A stretch of DNA of 64,000 bases from an uncultured Candidatus Actinomarina sp. (GCA_902582695.1 CACHTH010000004.1:4064-68063), one strand, 5' to 3'. Numbered from the stretch's first letter, positions 9,466 through 18,418 are shown. The notes: generated by a model from the sequence alone, not told the origin. Translations and numbers: made by a program.

Positions 9466-9786
9466 ATGTCAATTACCAACTCAAGAGAGTTCACGATAAA
9501 TGTTGGAAAAATTGCTGAAGCTGAAAAATGGCTTTCCGAAGGAGCAGATCTTTGGAAAGAAATTACAGGAAAAGATGCAGTTATATACAAAGAAGGTTGG
9601 GGAGATCAGTACAAGATGTTATTTGTAACAACCTATGAGTCAATGGGGGAGACAGAAGAAGTTGGTGAAAAAGTAATGGCCGACAAGAGAGTAACTGATT
9701 GGCTTCAAAATGGCATGACAAATGGAGATTTAATTTCCGGTGCTGTTGATAGATTTTTTACAACAATAAAAGATACAAGAAAATAA
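9466..9786 (+). CDS. Small soluble protein, single alpha+beta-barrel (ABM/Dabb-like) module, unknown function
   Basis: 106 aa. GGAAGGAG SD lies 5 nt upstream. The pattern FTINVGK...MLFVTTYESMGETEEV resembles ferredoxin-like ABM/Dabb modules. The fold assignment is by eye only. Confidence 0.55.
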   Translation: MSITNSREFTINVGKIAEAEKWLSEGADLWKEITGKDAVIYKEGWGDQYKMLFVTTYESMGETEEVGEKVMADKRVTDWLQNGMTNGDLISGAVDRFFTTIKDTRK

Positions 9787-9802
9787 AAGAATAGGAGAAA
9801 AA

Positions 9803-10339
9803 ATGAAAAAGTTCTTTATACAAGAACCCAAAGAAGGAGCACAACAAGCAGCTTATATGTTTATAGCTATAAATGTGGTTTGGTTTGTTGGAGGTATAGC
9901 CGAAATAGATTATGGAAATTTTGATAATGTACTTCAAATATTCTGGTCCTTTTCACTTGTAGGAATACTTTTAGGATTGAAAGACCTTCAAGGAGATACA
10001 GTTCCTGAAGATTGGAGACAGGGATACGCGATGATTGCTGCAGCAGTGCTTGTTGCATCACTTCTTGGTATTAACGAAGATCTAAATACTTCTGGGGTTT
10101 GGACATTTTTTGGATTTGTAATACTAGGTCTAGGTGTAACTTCTGAAGGTGTAATCGGCAATATTTGGAGATACGCCGCAATTATTGCTGGATTATTTGG
10201 GATTGTTGGAGCTGGTAGTGAATTTATTACTGGAACTAGTATCATTGCAGACGACTCTCCACTACAGTTTGTTGGTTTTTTAACATTTATTGCAGGTGTC
10301 GGAATAGGACCACTACTTGCTTGGAATAAAAAAGAGTAA
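9803..10339 (+). CDS. Small polytopic membrane protein, unknown function (paralogue A2)
   Basis: 178 aa with an AGGAGA SD. Paralogue of 8907..9452: MKKFFIQ, PEDW..AMIAA, TSEG....WRY and a C-terminal NKKE. Confidence 0.65.
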   Translation: MKKFFIQEPKEGAQQAAYMFIAINVVWFVGGIAEIDYGNFDNVLQIFWSFSLVGILLGLKDLQGDTVPEDWRQGYAMIAAAVLVASLLGINEDLNTSGVWTFFGFVILGLGVTSEGVIGNIWRYAAIIAGLFGIVGAGSEFITGTSIIADDSPLQFVGFLTFIAGVGIGPLLAWNKKE

Positions 10340-10342
10340 CTT

Positions 10343-10984
10343 ATGTATGTAAGACTAGGATTAGCGAACCCTAAAGAAGGAATGACAGAAGACGCTCTAA
10401 ATTACTTTAGAGATGTAGCAATACCTGTATACGATCAAGTAAGTGGACTTCTTGGTGCTGCAGCTTGCATTAATAATGCTGGACAGCTTATGGCATGGAC
10501 TACCTGGGCGAACAATGAAGCAAAAGAAGCGGCAATGTCAGAGTTTCAACAAAACCTTTCAGGATTAGCGGATTTCATTACAGAACCTCCAACAATACTT
10601 GAAGGGCCAATGGTTGCAGGACAACAATACATTACAGTTCCAAAAGATGGTGAAGACCCATTTTTTGCAAGATTTGTATTAGGCGGTGGAACGCAAGAAG
10701 GTAAAACTTATGATGATGTTGCAGAGTTTATGACAAACACTGTTTATCCAGCATATGAAAACGTTGATGGCATATTTGCTACTGCTGCATGCAAAGTTGA
10801 TGACAACAGTGGTTTTAGTTTTAATTTTTGGACTAGCCATGACGCTGCACACGCAGCATCTGATGTAATTGCAAATGTAGTACAAGATGCTGTTGCAAGT
10901 TTAATAAAAGAAGCTCCACAAGAGCTAACAGGGGAATGTAACGTCTGGAAAAACTATGTTGATTTTCCAGTTGGGAAAATGTAA
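10343..10984 (+). CDS. Tandem alpha+beta-barrel (double ABM/Dabb-like) protein, unknown function (paralogue C1)
   Basis: 213 aa, two roughly 100-aa repeats: MYVRLGL...TTWANNEAKEAA and FARFVLG...FWTSHDAAHAAS. Paralogue of 12245..12880. Confidence 0.6.
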   Translation: MYVRLGLANPKEGMTEDALNYFRDVAIPVYDQVSGLLGAAACINNAGQLMAWTTWANNEAKEAAMSEFQQNLSGLADFITEPPTILEGPMVAGQQYITVPKDGEDPFFARFVLGGGTQEGKTYDDVAEFMTNTVYPAYENVDGIFATAACKVDDNSGFSFNFWTSHDAAHAASDVIANVVQDAVASLIKEAPQELTGECNVWKNYVDFPVGKM

Positions 10985-10995
10985 GAAAGGAAAAA

Positions 10996-11607
10996 ATGAT
11001 TACACAAAAAGAAAAACAACTGGGCAGCCTTTTCGCAAAATTGGCAGCAATAGGAGTAGCAGCAAATTTTGTTGTTGGAATAGTCTTAATAGGACCTGAC
11101 AGTGTTGGATATAGCTCAACTTACGGACCACTACAATCTGTTATTGGGTTTGTAACGAATTTTGCATGGTTAGCTATATTAATGTATGGTTCAAAGATCT
11201 GTGACGCTGAAAATAATCCATATTTTAGGCTTGTGTCAAGTGGGTTGTTTGTAATGGTAGCTTTCAATTTAATGAATGCATTTGTTGGTCCGTCATATGA
11301 AACAGCCACTAACACGCTATTTTCAACATCAGAAATTTCTGATATTTATGGTGCAAACTGGGTTGTTTGGAATGTATTTTTTGGATTATATGCACTTGTC
11401 TTTTTAAGAAGTGCCGGAAAAGAACTATTACCTAGATGGGGAGTTATCTTTGGAACTATTGTGGGCTATACCCTCTCATGGTTTCCAATAGCGCTGGCTT
11501 TCATAACACCACCTGATATTGTCGGTATTATTTTGGGTCTTGGTGTTGGAGTTATTAGTTATCCAATTTTTATTTTTTCAATCTCAAAAGCATTTGATAA
11601 CGCATAA
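10996..11607 (+). CDS. Six-TM membrane protein, unknown function (paralogue D1)
   Basis: 203 aa with an AAGGAA SD. MITQKEKQLGS start, LPRWG motif, YPIFIFSISKAF end. Paralogue of 11619..12230. Loose resemblance to DUF4386-type proteins, from memory only. Confidence 0.6.
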   Translation: MITQKEKQLGSLFAKLAAIGVAANFVVGIVLIGPDSVGYSSTYGPLQSVIGFVTNFAWLAILMYGSKICDAENNPYFRLVSSGLFVMVAFNLMNAFVGPSYETATNTLFSTSEISDIYGANWVVWNVFFGLYALVFLRSAGKELLPRWGVIFGTIVGYTLSWFPIALAFITPPDIVGIILGLGVGVISYPIFIFSISKAFDNA

Positions 11608-11618
11608 AGGAAGGATAT

Positions 11619-12230
11619 ATGATTACACAAAAAGAAAGAGAACTTGGTTCAAGGTTTGCACTCATTAACATTGTTGCAACTGTTGCATCCTTTGTAATAC
11701 TTGCATTTGTAATTGGACCAGATCAAACAGGATACGATGAAAGCTTAGGGCCAATTACAAATTTAATTGGACTAGCTCAAGGATTATCATTTTTAGGCAT
11801 TGTTAGGTTGTCTGGAAAGTTATTTAATTCCGAAGAAAATCCTCTATTAGCTGGAGCTGTAGCAGTTGCTTATGGTACAGCAGTTGTGGGGCTTATGTTT
11901 ACATTAACTCCAACATTTATAGCTAACGGGTTTTACCAGGGAACTATGAGTGCTGATATGGTGACTGATTTAGGGTTTGCTTTAAACTTTACACAATTTC
12001 TAATTGGTGCACTCTGGGTATCTCAAGTGGTTAGAGCTGATGGTGGCCAGCTTCCATCATGGGGGAAAAATGTAGGAAACGCACAGGCCTATGGCAGCGC
12101 TGCAGTGCTCTTAGCCTTTTATTTTGGAGCAATTGGAGAAGCATTGTTCGTTCCGGCACTTGTACTTTTTGGAATTGTTTTATACCCACTATTTATTTTT
12201 GGGCTATCTAAAGCATTTGCAGAAAGTTAA
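11619..12230 (+). CDS. Six-TM membrane protein, unknown function (paralogue D2)
   Basis: 203 aa with an AGGAAGGA SD. MITQKERELGS start, LPSWG motif, YPLFIFGLSKAF end. Confidence 0.6.
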   Translation: MITQKERELGSRFALINIVATVASFVILAFVIGPDQTGYDESLGPITNLIGLAQGLSFLGIVRLSGKLFNSEENPLLAGAVAVAYGTAVVGLMFTLTPTFIANGFYQGTMSADMVTDLGFALNFTQFLIGALWVSQVVRADGGQLPSWGKNVGNAQAYGSAAVLLAFYFGAIGEALFVPALVLFGIVLYPLFIFGLSKAFAES

Positions 12231-12244
12231 AAAGAGAGGAAATT

Positions 12245-12880
12245 ATGTACTTTAGAATAACAATTCCATCTCTTCAAGATGGAAAAAAAGATGAAGCAAT
12301 TTCTTTTGTTAAAGAAAGGGTGATGACTGAGTTTGACAACACTCCTGGACTTTTATCAATGACTGCAGCGATCACTGGAGAAACATCTGGTATCAATATG
12401 GCAGCCTATGAAAGTAAAGAGGCCATGGAGTCAATTGCTGATAAAATACAGACTGTTTTAGCAGAAGCAGCAGTCTTTATGTCTGCACCTCCTGTAATTT
12501 ATCAAGGAGATGCAGTGTTTGGAAAAGTTTATCAAACTATTGGAAAAGATGAAAAAAAACCAGGTTATTTACGTCTTGTTGTAGGAGTAGCAAAAGACAA
12601 TGATGCTGTTTTAAATTTCATAAAAGAAAAAGTTCAACCCATATATGAAGAGTCTGAGGGACTTCAAATAACTGGAGCAATATTTGATGAAAATACAGGT
12701 ATAAGTTGGAGTATTTGGGATTCCCAAGCTGCAATGGATGAAGCTGCTACGCAACTTCAAAACGCGCTTGATAGTGAATCAGAATCAGATTTATTTGATG
12801 GAGCTACCGTAGCTTATATGGGTCCTGTATATGCAGGTAAATTGTTTGTAGATTTTAACGAAGGAGATTCTCCTACATAA
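12245..12880 (+). CDS. Tandem alpha+beta-barrel (double ABM/Dabb-like) protein, unknown function (paralogue C2)
   Basis: 211 aa with a GAGAGGA SD. Two repeats: MYFRITI...AAYESKEAMESIA and YLRLVVG...IWDSQAAMDEAA. Confidence 0.6.
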   Translation: MYFRITIPSLQDGKKDEAISFVKERVMTEFDNTPGLLSMTAAITGETSGINMAAYESKEAMESIADKIQTVLAEAAVFMSAPPVIYQGDAVFGKVYQTIGKDEKKPGYLRLVVGVAKDNDAVLNFIKEKVQPIYEESEGLQITGAIFDENTGISWSIWDSQAAMDEAATQLQNALDSESESDLFDGATVAYMGPVYAGKLFVDFNEGDSPT

Positions 12881-12905
12881 ATCTTTGTGAATAGATAACG
12901 CATAG

Positions 12906-12941
12906 AAAAAAAGGGATTTTTTATAAAATCCCTTTTTTTTG
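12906..12941 (+). terminator. Intrinsic terminator closing the 8907-12880 operon
   Basis: GGGATTTT-TTAT-AAAATCCC stem-loop followed by a T8 run. Confidence 0.75.
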
Positions 12942-13101
12942 TATTTAAAATATTTACCATATTTTTATGTTTAGAAAGTTAACCCCAGCAAGAGTAATTT
13001 TTATTTTGTTGCTTTTGTATATACTTTTTTCTGAAGACGACACAGCAAGAAGATTTAAACAACTTCCTGAACTATTGTTAAATTATTTTTAAAATGAATT
13101 T

Positions 13102-13479
13102 ATGAATCTTAAAGACTTCACGGATGTCGAATATATAAATCTTATTACATACAAAAAAGATAAAACGCCTATTACAACTCCAGTATGGGTTGCCGACTTT
13201 TCTAATTCATTAGTTATAACAACAAGTCTGAATGCAGGAAAAGTTAAGAGGGTTAGAAACAATGGTCAAGCAACAATATACATTACTAACCAAAGTGGTT
13301 CTAAAAAGCTATCAGAAAGTATAGACCTAAAAGCATCACTTATAGAGGATGTAGATCTAAAAGAGCAGGCTGCAGATGTAATTAGAAAAAAATATGGCAT
13401 GATGGCAAAAATGATTATGAAAGGACCCGATGAAAATAGGGCAATTATCAGATTAGAAGAAAAGGGAGGTGAAAAATGA
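13102..13479 (+). CDS. PPOX-class (pyridoxamine 5'-phosphate oxidase fold) probable F420/FMN-binding protein
   Basis: 125 aa. YINLITYKKDKTPITTPVWV...KVKRVRNNGQATIY...IRKKYG matches the small PPOX-class pattern. Confidence 0.65.
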   Translation: MNLKDFTDVEYINLITYKKDKTPITTPVWVADFSNSLVITTSLNAGKVKRVRNNGQATIYITNQSGSKKLSESIDLKASLIEDVDLKEQAADVIRKKYGMMAKMIMKGPDENRAIIRLEEKGGEK

Positions 13480-13510
13480 TGTGTCCTGAATGCGGATGTG
13501 AAGACGAAAG

Positions 13511-15379
13511 TTAAGTTAAATTATCTTTGTGCCATTTTATGACGTGGTCAAATCTTTGTTTTCTGTGATTTGGCGTTCCAGATCTAGAAAGTTCATGACT
13601 TTCACCTGGGAACCTTAGCATTGCTGTTTTTACACCCCTTCTTTTAAGGTTAGAAAATAGCTGCTCCGCTTGTTCTATTGGACACCTGTAGTCTTCTTGT
13701 GAGTGAAGTATGAGGGTAGGAGTTTTAATATTTGATGCGTAGGTGATAGGACTTTTCTTTCTATATAAATTTATATTTTTATCCATATCATCAAGCAAAT
13801 ACATCTCAGGAAAGCCTATTCCTATATCAGATGTTCCAACCATTGTTTCCCAATTTAGAAGTGCTCTTTCAACAATTGCAGATTTAAACATATTCGGATG
13901 ATGACTGATGATCCAAGATGTCATAAAACCACCATATGAGCCACCCATAATTCCGTCATTTTTACTTGTAATACCCATTTCTTTTTTCATGCTTTTAAAT
14001 GAAGTAAGTACATCATGCATATCTGTTACACCCCACTTATTGCCACACACATCTCTTAAGAAATCATGACCTCTACCACTCGACCCTCTTGGGTTACATG
14101 CAATAACATTAAAACCAGCCGAAGCATATGTTTGAAACTCATCAAAAAAGGTAAATGCATACTGGCTTGCAGGTCCACCGTGTATATTTAAGATTGTTGG
14201 CTTATCTTTACCTACAAAAATTCCCCAAGTATCTATCTCAGATTTTCCAGTATCAATTCTTTGATATTGACAATCCCAAGTTTTAACTTTTTTAGTAAAA
14301 AATTCATTAGCTTTAGAAATTTTTGTAAGTTGACCATTATTCAACTCGTATATTTCATCAGGATTTGAAAATGAATTTGCGATTACATATGTTTTTTCAT
14401 TGTTAAAAGCAAAATCTTTAATGGTAACTTTTGAATTTATTAGATCTACATTGTTTGTTCCATCTCGTAGTAAAGTTTTTCCAGAATCTTCGTACAAGAA
14501 ATAGAGGATAGCTTCATTCACTTCTGCTTTAACTATATTTCTATCAAATAAACGATACTTATAAGATACTTTTCCAGTGTTTGAAATTTTTAAAACAGTA
14601 GTATTTGTAGGCCAGTCAAATCTTTTTCTCATGCCTACTGCATGAAGTCCATCTTCGTAGTAGAAAAGATTTCCCATACTGCCTTGCGAATAAATTTCTT
14701 TAATTTTTGAACCCTCTATTGCTCCAATTTTCTCTTCTAGCATGGTTCCTTTAGAGTTGTACTGGTCAAAAGAAAGCACTAAACCTTTCTCTCCCTCCAC
14801 TATTGATTCAATAGAAATAATATCTTTCGCATCACCATCAACAATTTTGGTAAATTTCTTAGTTTGAATGTTTACTTTATAGACGTGAGATCTTTTATTG
14901 TAAATTATGCCTCTTGTATCAAATCGAAAAGGAAGGTTTTCATAGTACATAGGCTCGGAATTTTTATCTTCAATATTTTTAAACTCCTTACTCCACTCAC
15001 TTGTAATCACATACATTGACTTTCCATCTTTACTTAGTGAATAATTACTTATACCTCCTTCAACTTCAAAGACAGTATCTATAGACCGGCCTGCTTGCAT
15101 ATGGATTGTTGATAAGACTTTTTTTGATCTACTTTTATCTTGAACAGACCTATTTGTTTTTATATAAAAAACGGTATTTTCTTTATCCCCAAATTTTGGA
15201 TTACTAAAGTTATTGTTACCTGTCTTAAAACTTTTCCACTGTCCATTACTTCTTTTCCATAGTTCACTTATATAGGTGTTAGTTTCAAAGTCCATTCGAG
15301 TGCTTTGTACCACTAAAGTGGTACCTTTCCCAACTAGGTTAGACAACGTATTAAAAGAGTTTAAATCAGTAGGCTTCAT
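13511..15379 (-). CDS. S9 family serine peptidase (prolyl oligopeptidase / acylaminoacyl-peptidase type)
   Basis: 622 aa. N-terminal [17 protein letters not shown] region and C-terminal alpha/beta hydrolase with a GGSYGG nucleophile elbow, QEDYRCP (Asp) and GESHEL (His). Confidence 0.85.
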   Translation of the reverse strand: MKPTDLNSFNTLSNLVGKGTTLVVQSTRMDFETNTYISELWKRSNGQWKSFKTGNNNFSNPKFGDKENTVFYIKTNRSVQDKSRSKKVLSTIHMQAGRSIDTVFEVEGGISNYSLSKDGKSMYVITSEWSKEFKNIEDKNSEPMYYENLPFRFDTRGIIYNKRSHVYKVNIQTKKFTKIVDGDAKDIISIESIVEGEKGLVLSFDQYNSKGTMLEEKIGAIEGSKIKEIYSQGSMGNLFYYEDGLHAVGMRKRFDWPTNTTVLKISNTGKVSYKYRLFDRNIVKAEVNEAILYFLYEDSGKTLLRDGTNNVDLINSKVTIKDFAFNNEKTYVIANSFSNPDEIYELNNGQLTKISKANEFFTKKVKTWDCQYQRIDTGKSEIDTWGIFVGKDKPTILNIHGGPASQYAFTFFDEFQTYASAGFNVIACNPRGSSGRGHDFLRDVCGNKWGVTDMHDVLTSFKSMKKEMGITSKNDGIMGGSYGGFMTSWIISHHPNMFKSAIVERALLNWETMVGTSDIGIGFPEMYLLDDMDKNINLYRKKSPITYASNIKTPTLILHSQEDYRCPIEQAEQLFSNLKRRGVKTAMLRFPGESHELSRSGTPNHRKQRFDHVIKWHKDNLT

Positions 15380-15391
15380 GTATAACTAATT

Positions 15392-16756
15392 CTATTTGAT
15401 TGCTTTATCTGCCACAAGTGTAATAACCATTGAGAAAAGCAAACCAATAGCAAAAGTGTTTAGGTCAGCTAGGCCGTAAAGGTCTGTAGGAATGAATACT
15501 CCACCCGGGTTTACTTGGAGATCTATAAATAAATATCTATAGACGTAAACAGAAATCAGAGATCCGACAAATGGAATTATAAGTAAAATATCCTTGCTAG
15601 ATTTTTTTATTCTATAGAAAGCTGGAAACACAAGGCATGCTGCAAATAAGTCAGCTACTAAAAATACATTAAAGATACTCGTTACTTCAATTGAAATTAC
15701 TAACGCAATACATACAACTAATAAGGTTATTAATTTAGCTTCTTCAGATTTCTTCTTAAGAATATCTAGAGAAATAGTTGATGCAATTGCATTTTCCAAA
15801 GTATCAATGCTTGATGTTACAAGCAGAGTTGCCAGAGAAACGAGCAATATAATTGTAAAATTATTTAAATCAAGCTGTTCAATGAAGCTTAATGCAGGTG
15901 ATTCTATCCCTTTCCCTGCTCCAACTGCACCACCAATTCCTAAAATTAGAATGGTTAAGAATGCACCGATTCCAGAAAAAATACTTGCTTGCTTAATTGC
16001 TTTTGAGTTTTCTGCTGAAAAAGTTCTCTGCCAATAACCCATGGAAAAAACCTCAGCTGCAGTTACAGCAATTATTACAGCTAATGCAGACTTAAAACTA
16101 AAACTCTCGAAAGAATTTAGCCCTCCCGCGTTTGCAAAAGTTACTAATTCAGAAAGAGTATTCTGACTTAACCAAATCGTAAGAACAATGGCTAGTAATA
16201 AAATTATTCCATAACTTTGAAGCCTATCTGTAAAATAAGACGCTTTAAAACCATGCCTGAAGAGGTATGCCAATGTTGTTATTGCAATAAGCAAGCTTAT
16301 TAGAATTCCACGCACAGACGATATAGATTCAAAAACAAAACTAATTGATGCAAACTCAGCTATTAAAAAAGCCCCCATATATATCACTGCTACTATTGAA
16401 ACAATTTTTTGAGCAATATTGCCATATTTAGTTTCCACAAATTGTGCAAGGGTGGCTCCTTTCGGCAACAAATCTGCAATTTTAGGACCAAAGATATAAA
16501 TCAATATAAAGGGTGTGGCTGCTGAAAGAGCATATCCATAAATGTCATATCCTAATCCATACCATGCAACTTCAGCTGGAGAGGTTAGAATCCAAAGACC
16601 CATTCCACTTGCGTAAAAACTTAAGCTTAAGCCGAGTACACCCTCTGACTTATTTAAAACAAAATATTCGTTTTCATTAGATTTCAAACTTCTTGTTTGA
16701 AAGTAGATCCAAGTCAAAATCAATACAACTATTAAATAAACTATATTTGCGTTCAT
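15392..16756 (-). CDS. Sodium:solute symporter family transporter under TPP-riboswitch control (ThiV-like; thiamine or thiamine-precursor uptake inferred)
   Basis: 454 aa, about 12-13 TM, with an SSS-like N-terminus. A TPP riboswitch lies about 20 nt upstream of its start. Confidence 0.7.
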   Translation of the reverse strand: MNANIVYLIVVLILTWIYFQTRSLKSNENEYFVLNKSEGVLGLSLSFYASGMGLWILTSPAEVAWYGLGYDIYGYALSAATPFILIYIFGPKIADLLPKGATLAQFVETKYGNIAQKIVSIVAVIYMGAFLIAEFASISFVFESISSVRGILISLLIAITTLAYLFRHGFKASYFTDRLQSYGIILLLAIVLTIWLSQNTLSELVTFANAGGLNSFESFSFKSALAVIIAVTAAEVFSMGYWQRTFSAENSKAIKQASIFSGIGAFLTILILGIGGAVGAGKGIESPALSFIEQLDLNNFTIILLVSLATLLVTSSIDTLENAIASTISLDILKKKSEEAKLITLLVVCIALVISIEVTSIFNVFLVADLFAACLVFPAFYRIKKSSKDILLIIPFVGSLISVYVYRYLFIDLQVNPGGVFIPTDLYGLADLNTFAIGLLFSMVITLVADKAIK

Positions 16757-16774
16757 GCATACCTCATTCCTATA

Positions 16775-16875
16775 AAAGTAATGGGATTTGAGTCCGAGTT
16801 CCCTTCGTTAGCATTACCTAACAGGTTCTTACGGTCGGTCTTTTAAACCCTCTCAGCTTTTGCTCCCGTTACCCA
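16775..16875 (-). promoter_or_regulatory. TPP (THI-box) riboswitch
   Basis: Minus-strand RNA reads GUAACGGGAGCAAAAGCUGAGAGGGUUUAAAAGACCGACCGUAAGAACCUGUUAGGUAAUGCUAACGAAGGGAACUCGGACUCAAAUCCCAUUAC. It contains the conserved CUGAGA and ACCUG...GGUAAUGC...ACGAAGGGAA cores (compare E. coli thiM CUGAGA...ACCUGAUCUGGAUAAUGCCAGCGUAGGGAA). GUAACGGGA / UCCCAUUAC can close a P1-like helix. Confidence 0.85.
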
Positions 16876-16933
16876 AATACTACTAGCAATTGTAAGTAAA
16901 AGTTATCTTTTAAGACACATTACTATCTCAATA

Positions 16934-17848
16934 ATGAACTCAACCAAAACAACTGACTTAAAACAACCAACTTTGCTACAGGCTACATGTGCAATATTGG
17001 TTGCTGCTGTTATGTGGGGTTCAGGGAATGTACTCTCTAGAAGCTTATTAATTGAAGGCATAAATGAAATATTCTTAGTTACATTGAGAGTTACACTAAT
17101 TGGTACAATATTATTTTTAAATTATTTTTTATTCATACGAGAAAAATTTCAAATAACGATATTTAAAGAAGCAACTATAACTGGAACTTTTTCTGTTTTT
17201 TCTGTAAGTTGGTTTTTTATTTATGCATTACAATATATTTCTTCTGGACTCGTAACTCTACTTATTAGCTCTGCTCCTATATTCACCGCTCTATGGCTGA
17301 AAGTACTTTTAAAAGAAGAAAAAATTTCAAAACTTAGATATATTGCTATCGCAACTGGGTTTGTTGGGATTTGTTATTTATTTGTAACAGGCGAAACAGG
17401 ATTGTTAAATGATGGAAATATCCTCCTTGGAGGAAGTCTCGCCTTCTGTGGGGTACAGTGTATTGCTCTAGCGACAGTACTTAATAGAAAATATGCCCCT
17501 AAATATAAAGTTGCGACGTGGCTCACATATCAATATCCTTTAGTAATTATCTTGAGTATCGCTGCTTATCTAATTTTTGACATTTCACCACAGCAATTAT
17601 CAACTTCTCAAATTATTAGAGTTGCAGCATTAGTTGTATCAAACCTAAGTGCATTTACTGCTTTCACCTGGCTCATTAGACGAGTCAGTGCATTACAAGT
17701 TGCATCTGTAGATTATTTAGTACCAATTGTTGGAGTGACAGCAGGAGTTGTTTTTTTAAATGAATCTTTTAATTCAAATGTAATTGTGGCTGCAGTGTTT
17801 ATATTTATATCTTTGTTAATAAACACTAAAGAAGAATTTTCAAACTGA
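16934..17848 (+). CDS. DMT superfamily (EamA-like) transporter
   Basis: 304 aa, about 10 TM arranged as two 5-TM EamA-like halves. Confidence 0.7.
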   Translation: MNSTKTTDLKQPTLLQATCAILVAAVMWGSGNVLSRSLLIEGINEIFLVTLRVTLIGTILFLNYFLFIREKFQITIFKEATITGTFSVFSVSWFFIYALQYISSGLVTLLISSAPIFTALWLKVLLKEEKISKLRYIAIATGFVGICYLFVTGETGLLNDGNILLGGSLAFCGVQCIALATVLNRKYAPKYKVATWLTYQYPLVIILSIAAYLIFDISPQQLSTSQIIRVAALVVSNLSAFTAFTWLIRRVSALQVASVDYLVPIVGVTAGVVFLNESFNSNVIVAAVFIFISLLINTKEEFSN

Positions 17849-18418
17849 GCTAATTTCTTTTTTGACTTTTTTTAGATCTTGCCAAGTCAACCATTTTGGT
17901 TTACCTTTTTCTTTTGAAGGATTTCGCAAAAGATATGATGGGTGAAAAATTGGCATATACTTGATATCTTCTCTAACTATCCACGTACCTCTTAATTTAG
18001 AAATTGGCTCATCAATATTTAGGTACGATTGAACTGCTGTAGATCCAGCCAAGACTATAACCTTTGGTTTAATCAACTCAATTTGCTCATTTAACCATGG
18101 CAAACACTCTGCGACTTCATTTGCTGACGGCTTTCTATTATTTGGTGGTCGACACTTTACAATATTTGATATATAACAGTCCTCATTAGTGTCAATTCCA
18201 ACAGACTGAAAAGCACTGTCTAGCATTTTTCCAGCCCTTCCTACAAATGCTAATCCTTGCTCGTCTTCTTGCTGACCAGGTCCTTCACCTATCACAAAGA
18301 GTTTCGAGTTTGGATTACCCCTTCCAAAGACAACATTATTTCGAGTTTTAGACAAAGAACATTTAACACAGGCGCAACATTCATTCTGTAAAATTTGGAA
18401 TTTATTTTGGTTCACCAT
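17840..18418 (-). CDS. Uracil-DNA glycosylase, family 4 (Fe-S type)
   Basis: N-terminal Cys cluster CCACVKC, GEGPGQQEDEQGLAFVGRAG motif, and HPSYLLR near the C-terminus. Confidence 0.85.
   Translation of the reverse strand: MVNQNKFQILQNECCACVKCSLSKTRNNVVFGRGNPNSKLFVIGEGPGQQEDEQGLAFVGRAGKMLDSAFQSVGIDTNEDCYISNIVKCRPPNNRKPSANEVAECLPWLNEQIELIKPKVIVLAGSTAVQSYLNIDEPISKLRGTWIVREDIKYMPIFHPSYLLRNPSKEKGKPKWLTWQDLKKVKKEISSV

Noticed and set aside
12967-13092. 41-aa ORF MFRKLTPARVIFILLLLYILFSEDDTARRFKQLPELLLNYF between the operon terminator and the PPOX gene
   Set aside because: It has one plausible TM segment but no SD and no recognisable motif. A chance ORF is likely in an AT-rich spacer, and the evidence is not enough to call a gene.
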